DNA of 64,000 nt from an uncultured Chloroflexia bacterium (GTDB taxonomy: Bacteria; Chloroflexota; Anaerolineae; CG2-30-64-16): NCBI GenBank assembly GCA_963774265.1, contig CAVZDU010000006.1:64001-128000 (forward strand), in the 5' to 3' direction. Positions 50,201 to 60,590 of the stretch are shown here, one piece after another. The notes below the pieces were generated by a model. The model did not search any database, was not told the DNA's origin, and saw only the letters and a program-made list of their open reading frames with translations. Position 1 is the stretch's first letter. Each line of letters opens with the position of its first letter. The translations under genes were made by a program, and so were the position numbers.

Positions 50201-52683
50201 ATTCGCCGGCTCGCGCTGGTGATCAAACTTTGGATCACCGATGGCAGATTCGCAGCATCGCTGAGGGGCAGCGCGTCGCCTCCGGCATTCGTCCAGCTCG
50301 CCCACTGCTTCCAGTACGTGACCAGGTTCGACTGGCTGGTGCTCCCGCCTCCGCTCACCACATAGAGCAACGTGATCCCCTTGGCCTTCAGCGCGTCCAG
50401 AACGGCCTGGAAGTCCAGGTCGTCCGCCGTGCCCGGTGCGCCATCGCGTCCCGGATCGCGCACGCAGCCGGCCGATGTATTGCCGCACCAGGTGCTTCCC
50501 GGGCTCACAGGCGGGCTGGCCACGCGCTCGTTCAGGTTGTTGTCATGGGGCACATCATCGCCGAACATGATCACGAAGCGCCGGGTGTCGGATCGCCAGC
50601 CGAGGGACGGGTCCGAATAGGTTTCGTAAAGCGCACGAGTGTAGGCTTCGGGATAGTCGTCGCCGCCGCCGGCGCCGGTGGCGTTGATCGCCGCTTCAAC
50701 CGCGGAGCGATCTCCCGTGATGCTCTGGCGGAGCTTGTAGGGCCAGTCGCCCGAGTTTCCATAGGGTGCGATGGGATAGTCCCGCAGGTCCACGACGCCG
50801 AACTGGATATCCGGGATCACCCCTGCCAGATTGGCCATGATGGTGAGTGCGTTGGACTTGGCCGAGCTGAGCACAGAGCCCATGCTGCCGGTCGTGTCGA
50901 AAACAAACAGCACGTCGGCCTTTGCCGGCGCGGCAGGGATGAAGATGGTTTTTGTCTCCTCGACGCACTCGCCGGGACACAGTGTCGCTACAAGATCCGG
51001 CGGGGTGGCGGAGGGGCTTGCTGTCGACGTGGCCGTGGGCGTTCGCGTCGGGGTGCTGGTGACAGTCTGCGTTCGCGTCGGGGTTGCGGTGGGCGTGCGC
51101 GTGGGGGTGTCAGTCACCACCGGCGTGACAGTGCCGCATGTCGGGTCGATGCGAATCGGGATCTCCCGGTAGTCGTTCTGCGTGTTGCTGCAGACATCCG
51201 AGACCAGGATCTGAATCTTGTAGTCACCCGTAGTCGCGGAACCGGGGACCGGCAGCGCGAAGACAAACGGGTCGACGGAGCTGCCATTGATGACTTTGGT
51301 CTGCGTGGACCCGACAAGATTATTGGTGGCCGCGTCCAGGACGTTCACCTCGACCCGCACATCCTGGCTCGCCAGGGTCGTATCCACCTCGACCATCAGG
51401 TTAATCGTCGAGCCGGGCCAGTAGCAGGTGCGATCGGGCGCAGCGGAGGTGATGGATGCCGCGCCTCCTCCTCCGCCCAACACCAGTTGGCCCCAGTTGA
51501 CCGCTGTGCACCACCACCCTTCCGGATCGCCCGGGTCCTCGCAGTTGCTGGTGTTGATGCGAATCTGGGCCAGGTTGGCGCCCGTCCTCACCAGAGACGG
51601 ATTGACATTCAGTACGGTGGTGCTCCAGACTTCGTTGGCGCCTGTCAGTTTGCCGATATTCGTTCCGTTGAGATAGACCTGGTCGACCTCGGCGCAGGTT
51701 GTGTCTTGCTCGTCGACATCGTATACGCTCAGTGAGAGCTGGGCCTGGCTGAAGGCGGGCGGGTTCTCGACCATGAGACGGAACTCGATCGGATGCAGAG
51801 GATCATTGCGGAATATGCATGCGGGGTTTGCAGGGTACATATCGTAGTCCGGAGACCCCGTCCCCGCGTTGTTCTCATTGTCCGCGGTGGTGATATAGCT
51901 GCGCGAGCTCGCGCCGGGGCAAACCGGAGCACTCGTATCGGCGCGCAAGACGACCTCATCGACGTAAGCACCCTCATAGGTGGTGGCCGAATCGCTGCGG
52001 AACCAGAACCCGATCCACACTTGAGGTTGACCGAGCAGGCTCCCCAGGTTGTAGACGTTGGCCAAATCAAACGTGGCCGAATTCCAGCCGTTGATCGCGC
52101 CGGCTTCATTTGTCCAGTCACCATACCAGCAGCGACCGGAGAAATCCTCCCCGTTGACGGAGGCGAACAAGCACATGTCGTCGTGCTTGCTGGCGGGGTC
52201 GTTGACGCCGTCCCATTCTGTCTTGGTCCAGTGGCGGAAAGTCACCTCTGCGGCAGTGACTCCGCTCAGGCTGAACGGTCCGTAGATCATCTGTCCGTTG
52301 GCGCCGTTGGGGTACGGTCCTGGCGGCGCAACCCCCAGGCTACCTGTCAAGGCGCCGTAAGCGCTATAGCTGCCACTGCTCTGCCGGTAACTGGTCCGGC
52401 CCCAGGTCGGATTCCCGTAGAGCGTCCAGCCGGATGCGGGGAAGGTTCCCTCGAAGCCTTCGGTCATCAGATTGGACCAGGCAGCGGGGGCGGCGGAAGG
52501 ACCGGATGGAAGAGGTGCGACTGAGGCCAGACTCTCCAGCGATGCCGAGCCGGGGGCCGATCCTGCAACCGCAGCATTGTCGTGACCGTCCGACCCGAGT
52601 GGCTTATCGGCGGACGCCGGCAGGAACAAGACAACAAGCACCAGGCCGAGAGCGACGAGAGCAAACACGATCCGTGCCTTCAT
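47201..52683 (-). CDS. Large secreted protein with two vWA domains, a putative papain/C39-like protease domain, Ig/CARDB-like domains and C-terminal YLPLVIRQ; frameshift near 50075
   Basis: Signal peptide MKARIVFALVALGLVLVVLFLPASA; MIDAS DVLFVFDTTGSM and DVMLVVDRSGSM; SYCGP...GGHFVT...AVSD; TPT linker. Confidence 0.8.
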
Positions 52684-52926
52684 GGGTGTCCTCCTTGTGG
52701 ACCCAACCTCTTGCTGTACACAGCCGGAAAAGCGCCGGCCGCGCCTCGATGGACTTGTCCAAATGTGCGAGATTGCTGCGAGAGTCGAACGTGTGGCCCG
52801 CTTCGGGCTGTGCCGGGAGACCGTCCGGCGATGTTATGAGCGAGTGATCACTACAACATCATAGCAGATATCTGCCGAACAATACCTTAAATTAAGTCAG
52901 CAGAGTCAAATCTTGGAGAGACGGAA

Positions 52927-53219
52927 TCAGCCCTTGGCCAGCGTGATCTCCGTGGCCGGGACGAGCATCTGACGTTCAGCCTGCAGGCCCTGCTGCGCCA
53001 GGGCGTCCCCGTACTCAGGATGAAACACGAACCTGCCTTCTCGCACGATTTCGCGGTCCCAAGGGTTCATTATCAGCGCATCGGTGATCAGACCGATGTA
53101 GTCCGGCGGGTAAGCGTCTCGCCGCTGTCGCAGATTTCGTCCACGATCAGCACCCTCCGGCCGGCGACTTCGGCCGGCGGCTCGGTGATCCACTCAGGGC
53201 TCCGATATTTCACGACATC
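52927..53219 (-). pseudogene. Phosphoribosyltransferase remnant (N-terminus and an internal segment missing)
   Basis: GRRVLIVDEICDSGETL (PRPP-binding loop) is joined out of frame directly to PDYIGLITDALIMNPWDRE. Confidence 0.7.
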
Positions 53220-53225
53220 AGGGCA

Positions 53226-54146
53226 TCACTTCAGGTGCGCGTCAAACCAGTCGAGCAGGTCCTGCTGCACCTCGTCACGGCAGGTCTCGTTCAGGATCTC
53301 GTGCCGCGCGCACTCATAGAACTTGTGGGTGAGGTCCTGAATGCCCAGCTTGCCGTAGCGCTCGAGGAGCACGCTGACGGCCTGCGTATTGCCGCCGACC
53401 GGATCCTCTTCGCCGGAAACCACGTAGATGGGCAGCGTCACGGGGATGCGGGCCTCATTCTCCGGCCGCCAGGTATCGCGCAGCCCCCGCATGAAGTCGA
53501 CCACCAGCGAGCTCTTGAAGGGGAAGCCGCACCACGGGTCGTCGACGTACTTCTGGACTTCCGCCTCGTCGCGGCTCAGCCACTCGAAGCCGGTCTTGAT
53601 CGGCGCAAAGGGTTGGGCAAAGCCGGCGAACATGCCTATGAAAAGGGCGGAGGGTTGATCCTGGGGTTCGGCCTCAACCGCGGCAATGATCGCATCGTGG
53701 TTCGGGAAGAAACCCGAGGTGCCGCTCAGCACGAGGCCCTTCAACTCATCGCCCCAATGCTCGGCATAGGTCTGGCCCAACATCGACCCCATGCTGTGGC
53801 CGAAAAAGAACACGGGCAGGCCGGGATTCTGCTCCTTGATGATCCCAGTCAGTTGATGGAGGCCGGCGACCATGCCGTTCCAGCCGTCCGAGCCCGCGTC
53901 GCCGGCCTTCTCCAGCGTGCCGGCGGTCATGCCATGGCCGCGGTGGTCGTCCGCATAGACGACGTAGCCCGCCTCGGCCAGGCATTTGGCGAACCGCTCG
54001 TAACGGAGGGAATGCTCGGACGCGCCGTCCGCGACCTGGACGGCAGCCTTTAGCCCTGTCCCGGCGGGTGGCGCCCACTTGCGGACGAAGATCTCGAAGC
54101 CGTCGCGATCGGTGAAGGTGAAAGTGCTTGCGATTGGGGTAGTCAT
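53226..54146 (-). CDS. Alpha/beta hydrolase, lysophospholipase/monoglyceride lipase family
   Basis: DHRGHG, GHSMGS nucleophile elbow, WLSRD, SGEEDPV, ARHEILNE. Confidence 0.9.
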   Translation of the reverse strand: MTTPIASTFTFTDRDGFEIFVRKWAPPAGTGLKAAVQVADGASEHSLRYERFAKCLAEAGYVVYADDHRGHGMTAGTLEKAGDAGSDGWNGMVAGLHQLTGIIKEQNPGLPVFFFGHSMGSMLGQTYAEHWGDELKGLVLSGTSGFFPNHDAIIAAVEAEPQDQPSALFIGMFAGFAQPFAPIKTGFEWLSRDEAEVQKYVDDPWCGFPFKSSLVVDFMRGLRDTWRPENEARIPVTLPIYVVSGEEDPVGGNTQAVSVLLERYGKLGIQDLTHKFYECARHEILNETCRDEVQQDLLDWFDAHLK

Positions 54147-54207
54147 ATTGTGTCTCCTTTCGACGTTGATGGAGCTAGCAGGCGCGCGGCCGCGCGCCTG
54201 CTCCTTT

Positions 54208-54258
54208 GGCTGATCTTCGATCACGGCTGATCTTCGATCACGGCTGATCTTCGATCAC
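54208..54258. repeat. Three perfect 17-bp tandem units GGCTGATCTTCGATCAC
   Basis: Units at 54208, 54225 and 54242; they duplicate the last codons (VIEDQP) of the adjacent gene. Confidence 0.9.
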
Positions 54259-55081
54259 CTTGTAAATGTCAACATCCCCCTCTGCAGTGCTCGGGGCCGC
54301 GGGAACGGATGAGGCAGGCGCGGGGGCGACCGGCGTCGTCTCCGCGGCGGGCAGGTCGGTGAGAACCGATGCGCCGGGGGCCGGGGGCAGGTCCTCGAAG
54401 CCTTCTTGAGCGGGCGCGGGGGCCACCGCGGCAGGCCTGCGGACGGCGAAACCCAGGGTGGTGAGCACGAGGCCGCCGACCACCAGCGCGATGGGCCACC
54501 AGTCAACCAGGAACGCGGGCAGGGAAAAGGCCCCGACCAGCGTCACAGCGCCGAGCAGCAGCAGCGCGCCCGCGGGGATCGCGGCCCAGCGCGGCGTCGC
54601 GCTCATCGTAGCGGATGACGTAGAGCAGCAGGAAGACGAGGCCGATGCCGATGTAGAGCACGGGCGGCCGGCCCGCATCGGTGAGCCGTGACCACAGCCC
54701 GAACAGCACCCCGACCGTGGTCAGCACGCCCGCGGGCACCAGCGCCCACCAGTGTTCCTTGCGCGCCACCAGGATCGCCCAGAAGCCCAGCGCGATGCCG
54801 AACAGGACGATCGGCGCACGCCACTCGCCCAGGTTAGTCCCGCGCCAGGCCAGAATGATCACCGCGCCGATGCTGAGCAGCGTGAACGCGGGGATGGCGC
54901 GCCACCAGTGCGCCACACCGAAGGCGAACCAGATCAGGAAGATGAGACCCGTGAGCGCGTACAGCGCGCCCCACGCCAGCTCGCCCCAGGGATCCAACAC
55001 GCCGAGGTTCCACAGCAGCAGAAAGACGCCGGCCAGGAGCAAGAACAGACCCCAGCCCACCGTTTCGTTAAGTCGCTTCAT
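54238..55081 (-). CDS. Uncharacterised polytopic membrane protein; frameshift near 54590
   Basis: Repeated WW(R/A)(A/L)(I/V)PA..L TM motif; ends DWWPIALVVGG followed by a Pro-rich tail. Confidence 0.7.
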
Positions 55082-55092
55082 GGATACTCTCC

Positions 55093-55395
55093 TTATCGAG
55101 GTCCCCGCACACCGTTGCGGACCGACACGACCGCCTGCCACGCGAACAGTGCGGCCAGGATGCCCCACGCTACCGTTTCCCAGAGACGCGTCGCGCCCCA
55201 GGCCAGGCCGATGGCAAAAAGCACGAATCCGGCGAAAAAAGGGGCCAGGAATGAATCCCACCCAAGTGCTGTACGCAGGGGAACGCCCATTTGTTGCGCG
55301 GTCCAACGCATGTGGCTGAACGCGGCGAGGGAACAACTGAGGCCCGTGATCCAGAGTGCGCCGCGCGCCAGTGCGGGCCAGTCGATCGCATCCAT
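55093..55395 (-). CDS. Small hypothetical membrane protein
   Basis: Three hydrophobic segments; tightly packed between operon neighbours. Confidence 0.65.
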   Translation of the reverse strand: MDAIDWPALARGALWITGLSCSLAAFSHMRWTAQQMGVPLRTALGWDSFLAPFFAGFVLFAIGLAWGATRLWETVAWGILAALFAWQAVVSVRNGVRGPR

Positions 55396-55398
55396 GGG

Positions 55399-56064
55399 TC
55401 AAGGGCTCCCAGAGCAATCGAGATAACCGCGGCCGGTCAGCCAGGCGACTGCACCGGTCAGGTCCGGCCGAAATACGACATCGGCGGCCGCCGCCAACGC
55501 CTCGGAGCGGGGATTGACCGCGATGCGGACGCCCGCACAGTCGAACAACTCCAGGTCAACGTGTGTGTCGCCCGCGGCGAGGGTTTCTTCGGGCTGCACG
55601 CCCAGTTGCGCCATCAGCCTGCGCGCAAACGCGGCCTTGCCGCCCTTTGGGACATGGTTGACCGCCTTGCCGGATAACGTCCCGTTTACGTACAGCAGCT
55701 CGTTCGCCAATACATGGTCGATTTCGAACTCGGCTGCAAGCGGATCGGTGTTGAGGGTGAAACCGGCAGAGACCAGTGCGATGACGACACCGGCCTGCTT
55801 GAGCGCGGACAACAGGTCAGCCGCGCCGGGCAAGAGGGGGTTCTCGCTCAAGAGCCGGCGGATCTCGTCGACCGGTTGCCCAGCCCACAGCCCCACATCG
55901 CGGCGCAACCACTCGCCGGGGGTAATTCTGCCGGCCAACGCCAGCTCGCGATTCTTCCTGGCGAGATGCTCCAGGCCGAGCCGCGCATGGAGGAATCGAT
56001 ATGGCGACTCGGCCTCTTTCAGAGTGCCGTCGACGTCGAGAACGGCGAGACGCAATCGCGCCAA
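55399..56064 (-). CDS. HAD-family phosphatase (SerB-like)
   Basis: DVDGTL, LVSAG, K, GDTHVD. Confidence 0.85.
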   Translation of the reverse strand: MARLRLAVLDVDGTLKEAESPYRFLHARLGLEHLARKNRELALAGRITPGEWLRRDVGLWAGQPVDEIRRLLSENPLLPGAADLLSALKQAGVVIALVSAGFTLNTDPLAAEFEIDHVLANELLYVNGTLSGKAVNHVPKGGKAAFARRLMAQLGVQPEETLAAGDTHVDLELFDCAGVRIAVNPRSEALAAAADVVFRPDLTGAVAWLTGRGYLDCSGSP

Positions 56065-56066
56065 AC

Positions 56067-56567
56067 TCAGGCCTCTTCGTCCCCGGTTTCCTCGTCCTCG
56101 TCGGGCTCCCAGTCGCTCACCATCCAGGCATTAGCCACCAGAACGATTTCGACATTATCGTTGCGGCCGAACGCCAGGGCAACGCCGCCCTCTTCCTCGT
56201 CCGCGTCGCCGTAGTCGATCAACTCCAGATGATCATCGGCCAGGCGGCCTACGATGGCGAACATGGCGTCGACCCCAACGACAGGCTCGCCCTCAGGATC
56301 GGGGTAGACAGAGGTGACGTAGAGCTCGAGCGCCAGGTTATCGTCGAAGTAGAGGTCGCAATCAACGAACATGCGGTCCTCGGCTGCCGGGGGCTGCTCT
56401 CCCTCTTCGTCAGCGATGGACTCTTCCCACAGCTCGATGCCGAGAACCTTGAGACCGACCATTTCGTTCAATTCTGCTCGGCGGTCGTCGTCCAGCGAGT
56501 AATAGAGATCATCTTCGCCGATCTCTTCGTAGCCCTCGGGCTGCTCATCGAGTCCGTTGTTAGTCAT
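56067..56567 (-). CDS. Acidic hypothetical protein
   Basis: GGAGTG RBS, GC3-biased codons, first gene of a minus-strand run. Confidence 0.7.
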   Translation of the reverse strand: MTNNGLDEQPEGYEEIGEDDLYYSLDDDRRAELNEMVGLKVLGIELWEESIADEEGEQPPAAEDRMFVDCDLYFDDNLALELYVTSVYPDPEGEPVVGVDAMFAIVGRLADDHLELIDYGDADEEEGGVALAFGRNDNVEIVLVANAWMVSDWEPDEDEETGDEEA

Positions 56568-56639
56568 CGAGGTTCACTCCTTTCGCGGTGCGAGGAACGA
56601 TTGGATAGATTATATCATGCCACGGGGAGCAGGCGAAAG

Positions 56640-56690
56640 CGCCGGATCGTGCGATCTGCTGGATCGTGCGATCCGCCGGATCGTGCGATG
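56640..56690. repeat. Three 17-bp tandem units (C/T)GC(C/T)GGATCGTGCGAT(C/G)
   Basis: GGATCGTGCGAT at 56644, 56661 and 56678. Confidence 0.88.
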
Positions 56691-56695
56691 CGCCC

Positions 56696-57551
56696 TTACG
56701 TCAGCTTCACGACAATGTCGCTGATGATGTTGGCAGCCTCGTCGCCACGGTCCGCGGCGTTCGAGAGATGGCGATAGACCTCACGCATCTTCAAGATCAC
56801 GATAACGCGCTTGGGCCCGGCCGGCCCATTGAAGAGATCGGCGAGTGCCTCGCGGTAGACGGCCTCAACCCGGTTTTCCAGCGCTTTGGCGCGCTGCGCG
56901 TGTTCTGCCGCGACCCCGGGGTGGTCCTTGATCCGCAGCATGGCCAGGTGCACTTCGTGCGCTGCCTCGCGCAATAACTCGACCATGCGCTGCAGATGCG
57001 CGGTCGGCGTCACGTGGAGAAGCTCCATCTCCTGCACGGTTGTCCAGGCATAGTCCATGATGTCGTCGACCGCGCGCGAGAGTGCGGAGATGTCCTCGCG
57101 ATCCATCGGCGTGACGAAGGTGCGGTTAAGCCTCGTTGAGCAAGATACGGCGCACCTCATCGGCGTCTTCTTCGCACTGGCGCACCGCCTCCACGGCGTG
57201 GGCGATGATGGCCTTGAAATCGACCGGGGTGGCGTCGCCGGCTTTGGCATCAGCCGCCTTGGCTTCCGCGGTCTGGATGCTGGCCGCCTTGGCATCAGGC
57301 GGTTTGGCTTCGCCAAACTTTGCGCTCCCCGCCTTGGCATCAGGCGGTTTGGCATCGCCGGACTTGGCGCTCCCCGCCTTGGCATCGCCGGCCTTGGCGC
57401 TCCTCGCCCTGGCATCGGCGGCCTTGGCTTCGACTGCGCTGATGTAGGCGCCGAGCGCGTCGAGTCCCGTGACAACGCACGCGGCCTGCTCGATCAGCAG
57501 CCTGGTGAAGTTGTCCTGGCGGGGCTTGAAGAAATCCAGGAACCGGCTCAT
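56696..57551 (-). CDS. DUF47/PhoU-like Pit accessory protein with an inserted pentapeptide-repeat segment; frameshift near 57130
   Basis: F.P.QDNF..LL; EEDADEVRR; LNRTFVTPMDREDI..LSRAVDDIMD; LENRVEAVYREALADLF; REVYRHLS.A.DR. Confidence 0.88.
57234..57428 (-). repeat. Thirteen in-frame 15-bp units encoding AKxx(D/S/E)-like pentapeptides
   Basis: AKAAD ARARS AKAGD AKAGS AKSGD AKPPD AKAGS AKFGE AKPPD AKAAS IQTAE AKAAD AKAGD. Confidence 0.88.
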
Positions 57552-58549
57552 AGCAGCCTCCTGAGAATGATGGAAAGCAGCGCGGCCAGGGCTGCGGTGA
57601 CCGGAATTGTGATGGCCCAGGCGATGGCGATCTGACTGGCCGCACCCCAGCGCACCTTGGAGACGCGCTCGCCCGAGCCAACTCCCATGATAGCCGAGCT
57701 GACGACCTGCGTCGTGCTCACCGGTCCGCCGAAGAGCCCCGCGGAGATGATGACTGTGGCCGAAGCCACCTGCGTAGCGAAACCGTGCACGGGACGAATC
57801 TTGTAGAATCCGCCGCCCAGCGTCCTGATGAGCCGCCAGCCGCCCACAAAGGTCCCCAAAGCCAGGGCTGCGCCGCTGAGCACGATGACCCATACCGGTA
57901 CGCTGAATTCGGGCAGCGCGCCGGCCGCGAGCAACCCCATGACCAGGATGCCCATCGTCTTCTGGCCGTCATTAGCCCCATGTGAAAGCGCGAGCGCCAC
58001 TCCGGTCACAATCTGCCCGCGCTTGAAGAGGATGTTGACCCTGGGGCTGGCCCCGCGCACCAGGAACAGGAGGGCCTTCATGACCAGGAAGCCGGCGGCC
58101 AGGCCGAGCGGTGGCGAGATGCCCAACGCGAGCAGGACTTTGAGAAACCCCGACACCTTGACAATGCCCCAGCCGCTCTCGACCACACCCGCGCCGATCA
58201 AGCCGCCGATGAGCGCGTGCGAGGAACTGGAGGGGATGCCCCACCACCAGGTCAGGATGTTCCAAACGATGGCAGAGAGGAGCGCGGCCACGACGACGGA
58301 GAACCGGATCTGCTCCCCGTTCAGCACCTCGTTGCCGATGGTGGTGGCGACGGCCACGCCGAACAAAAAGGGACCGGCGAACTCCGCGATGGCGGTGAGC
58401 GTCAACGCCTGCCGGCCTGAGAGCGCGCGCGAAGCGATCATGGTCGCGACGATGTTGGCGCTATCGTGAAAACCGTTGAGAAAACCGAAGATCAACGCCA
58501 ACCCGATCAACAGAAACAGCGTCCAGGGTAGGACTGGCATGCATGTCAC
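57548..58549 (-). CDS. pit: Inorganic phosphate transporter, PiT family
   Basis: NGFHDSAN, GIPSSSSHALIGG, HGANDGQKTMG, PVSTTQVVSSAIMG. Confidence 0.93.
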   Translation of the reverse strand: MTCMPVLPWTLFLLIGLALIFGFLNGFHDSANIVATMIASRALSGRQALTLTAIAEFAGPFLFGVAVATTIGNEVLNGEQIRFSVVVAALLSAIVWNILTWWWGIPSSSSHALIGGLIGAGVVESGWGIVKVSGFLKVLLALGISPPLGLAAGFLVMKALLFLVRGASPRVNILFKRGQIVTGVALALSHGANDGQKTMGILVMGLLAAGALPEFSVPVWVIVLSGAALALGTFVGGWRLIRTLGGGFYKIRPVHGFATQVASATVIISAGLFGGPVSTTQVVSSAIMGVGSGERVSKVRWGAASQIAIAWAITIPVTAALAALLSIILRRLL

Positions 58550-58689
58550 CTGCGTGAAGATATTGGGAATTATACTGCAAAGAGGGGCGAGTCTTCCAAC
58601 GCGGCCGGGCTTACAGAACAGGGATGGCCGCGCGGCTAAAATAATGCAGCCGGCAACCTGCGGGCAAATGGCCTTGCTGAAGGAGCACT

Positions 58690-59164
58690 ATGGAAACGCA
58701 CACGACGTCGAGAATGACGAGCGATCCCAACGAGCGTAAGCAGCCGGGGGTCGCGCGCGAGTACCGGACGGACGAAATCGTCGTGTATTGGGAGCCGGCG
58801 TTGTGCATCCACACGGCGCGTCTGCCTGAACGCGCTGCCAGAGGTGTTCGATGTGCGGCGGCGGCCATGGATTCTGATCGACGCCGCGCCGGCGGATGCC
58901 GTGGCGCGGGCCGTCATGGGCTGCCCTACGGGCGCACTGCGCTTCGAGCGGCCAGATGGCGCGGCGCAGGAGCCGCCCGCCGAGCCGCCCGCGATCGAGG
59001 CGCAGCCCGATGGGCCGCTGTACGTGCGAGGACGCGTGCGGATCGTCAACCAGGACGGCGCGGTACGCGAGTTACCCCGCGCGGCGCTGTGCCGCTGCGG
59101 TGAGTCGAACAACAAGCCATTCTGCGACGGGATGCACCGGCGCAACGGCTTCCGCACGACGTGA
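58690..59164 (+). CDS. YjdI-like divergent 4Fe-4S domain fused to CDGSH 2Fe-2S domain; frameshift near 58820
   Basis: CIH...C...LPEVF..RRRPWI...CPTGAL; DGPLYVRG; ALCRCGES.NKPFCDG.H. Confidence 0.88.
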
Positions 59165-59260
59165 GATACCAAACTCCCTGCCGGGATTGTCGATTTTGAG
59201 TCTCGCGAAACGACTAACTAGTGTCAGGCAGAAAACAAATTGAGGTAAGGAGTGAAAACC

Positions 59261-59734
59261 ATGCGAAAAATTACCCCATTCCTCTGGTTCGATGGCCAGG
59301 CCGAAGAGGCAATGAACTTCTACACATCCATCTTCAAGAACTCGAAGATCGGCAGCGTGGCTCGTTATCCAGCAACCGAACCTGACAAGCCGGGAAAAGT
59401 CATGACCGCCACGTTCGAGCTCGATGGCCAGGAGTTCATGGCGCTCAACGGCGGTCCGGAATTCAAATTCACACCGGCCATATCGTTCTTCGTGAACTGC
59501 GAGACACAGGACGAGGTCGATGCGTTTTGGGAGAAGCTATCGGCGGGCGGAGAAAAGAGCCAATGCGGCTGGCTGACTGACAAATACGGTGTCTCCTGGC
59601 AGATCGTGCCGACGGTCCTGGGTGAGTTGATGGGTGACAGCGATCCTCAGAAAGCGCAGAGAGTCATGAGCGCCATGCTTCAAATGACTAAATTGGACAT
59701 TGCGGAACTGAAGCGGGCGTACGAACAAGGCTGA
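59261..59734 (+). CDS. VOC/PhnB-like (3-demethylubiquinone-9 methyltransferase-like family) protein
   Basis: KITPFLWFDGQAEEA..FY; F.ALNGGP.FKF; CGWLTDKYGVSWQIVP; M.K.DIA.L. Confidence 0.9.
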   Translation: MRKITPFLWFDGQAEEAMNFYTSIFKNSKIGSVARYPATEPDKPGKVMTATFELDGQEFMALNGGPEFKFTPAISFFVNCETQDEVDAFWEKLSAGGEKSQCGWLTDKYGVSWQIVPTVLGELMGDSDPQKAQRVMSAMLQMTKLDIAELKRAYEQG

Positions 59735-59902
59735 CGCAGCTCTACGAACCAGGCGATGATCATGCCGGCGGGCAGCAACCCGCCGGCTGATGCGTTCAAC
59801 CAAGCAGACCCATCGTATTACCCCTCGCAGTGTCGCAGCACTATTCTCGCGGGCGTGCCCGTTTCATTGACGGCATCGCCCATTCGTCAAGAGGAGCACC
59901 CT

Positions 59903-60518
59903 ATGCTTTCGACCTTCATGAGGCGCCGGATCGGACCTCTATTGCTCGCATGGCTCCTACTGGTGTCCTGGTCGCTTTTCTTTTGGTTCCCCGTGACCCA
60001 GGCCGCCAGCGGCGGTGATGTCTTCCTGCCGCAGGTGTCGCGCTCGGAACTGCCGCCTCCCACGCCCACACCCACTGCCAGCCCTACCCCCAAGCCGCCG
60101 GCTGGCTGGTCGGCTTACGAGGTTCGCGTCGTCGAACTCACCAACCAGGAACGCGCATATAACGGTTGCTCGGTGATCCTCGCGATGAACGACAAGCTCC
60201 ACCTGGCTGCCTACGGCCACAGCGCCGACATGATCGCCCGCGACTTCTTCAGCCACACCAACCCTGACGGCGAGGGGCCCAGCCAACGGCTTGCTGAGGT
60301 GGGTTACGATTGGTCGGCATGGGGGGAGAATATCGCCGCCGGTTATACATCACCCGAGGAGGTCGTGGCCGGTTGGATGGGCAGCTCGGGCCACCGCGCC
60401 AACATCTTGAACTGCAACTACACCGAAATCGGCGTCGGCTACGCCTACGCCGCTGATGATCCAGGCGCGGAGCCCGTACCACCACTACTGGACGCAGGTG
60501 TTTGCCAGACCGCGGTGA
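59903..60518 (+). CDS. Secreted CAP (SCP) domain protein; frameshift near 60470
   Basis: Signal peptide; VVELTNQER; HSADM...FFSH; GENIAAG; WMGSSGHRANIL; EIGVG; YWTQVF in the shifted frame, TGA at 60516. Confidence 0.88.
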
Positions 60519-60590
60519 TATTCGAAGGACCGGCATTCGAAAGGAGGGGACCGCGTCGCAACGCAACCTGGCGCCGGGCGCCAGGCCGCA

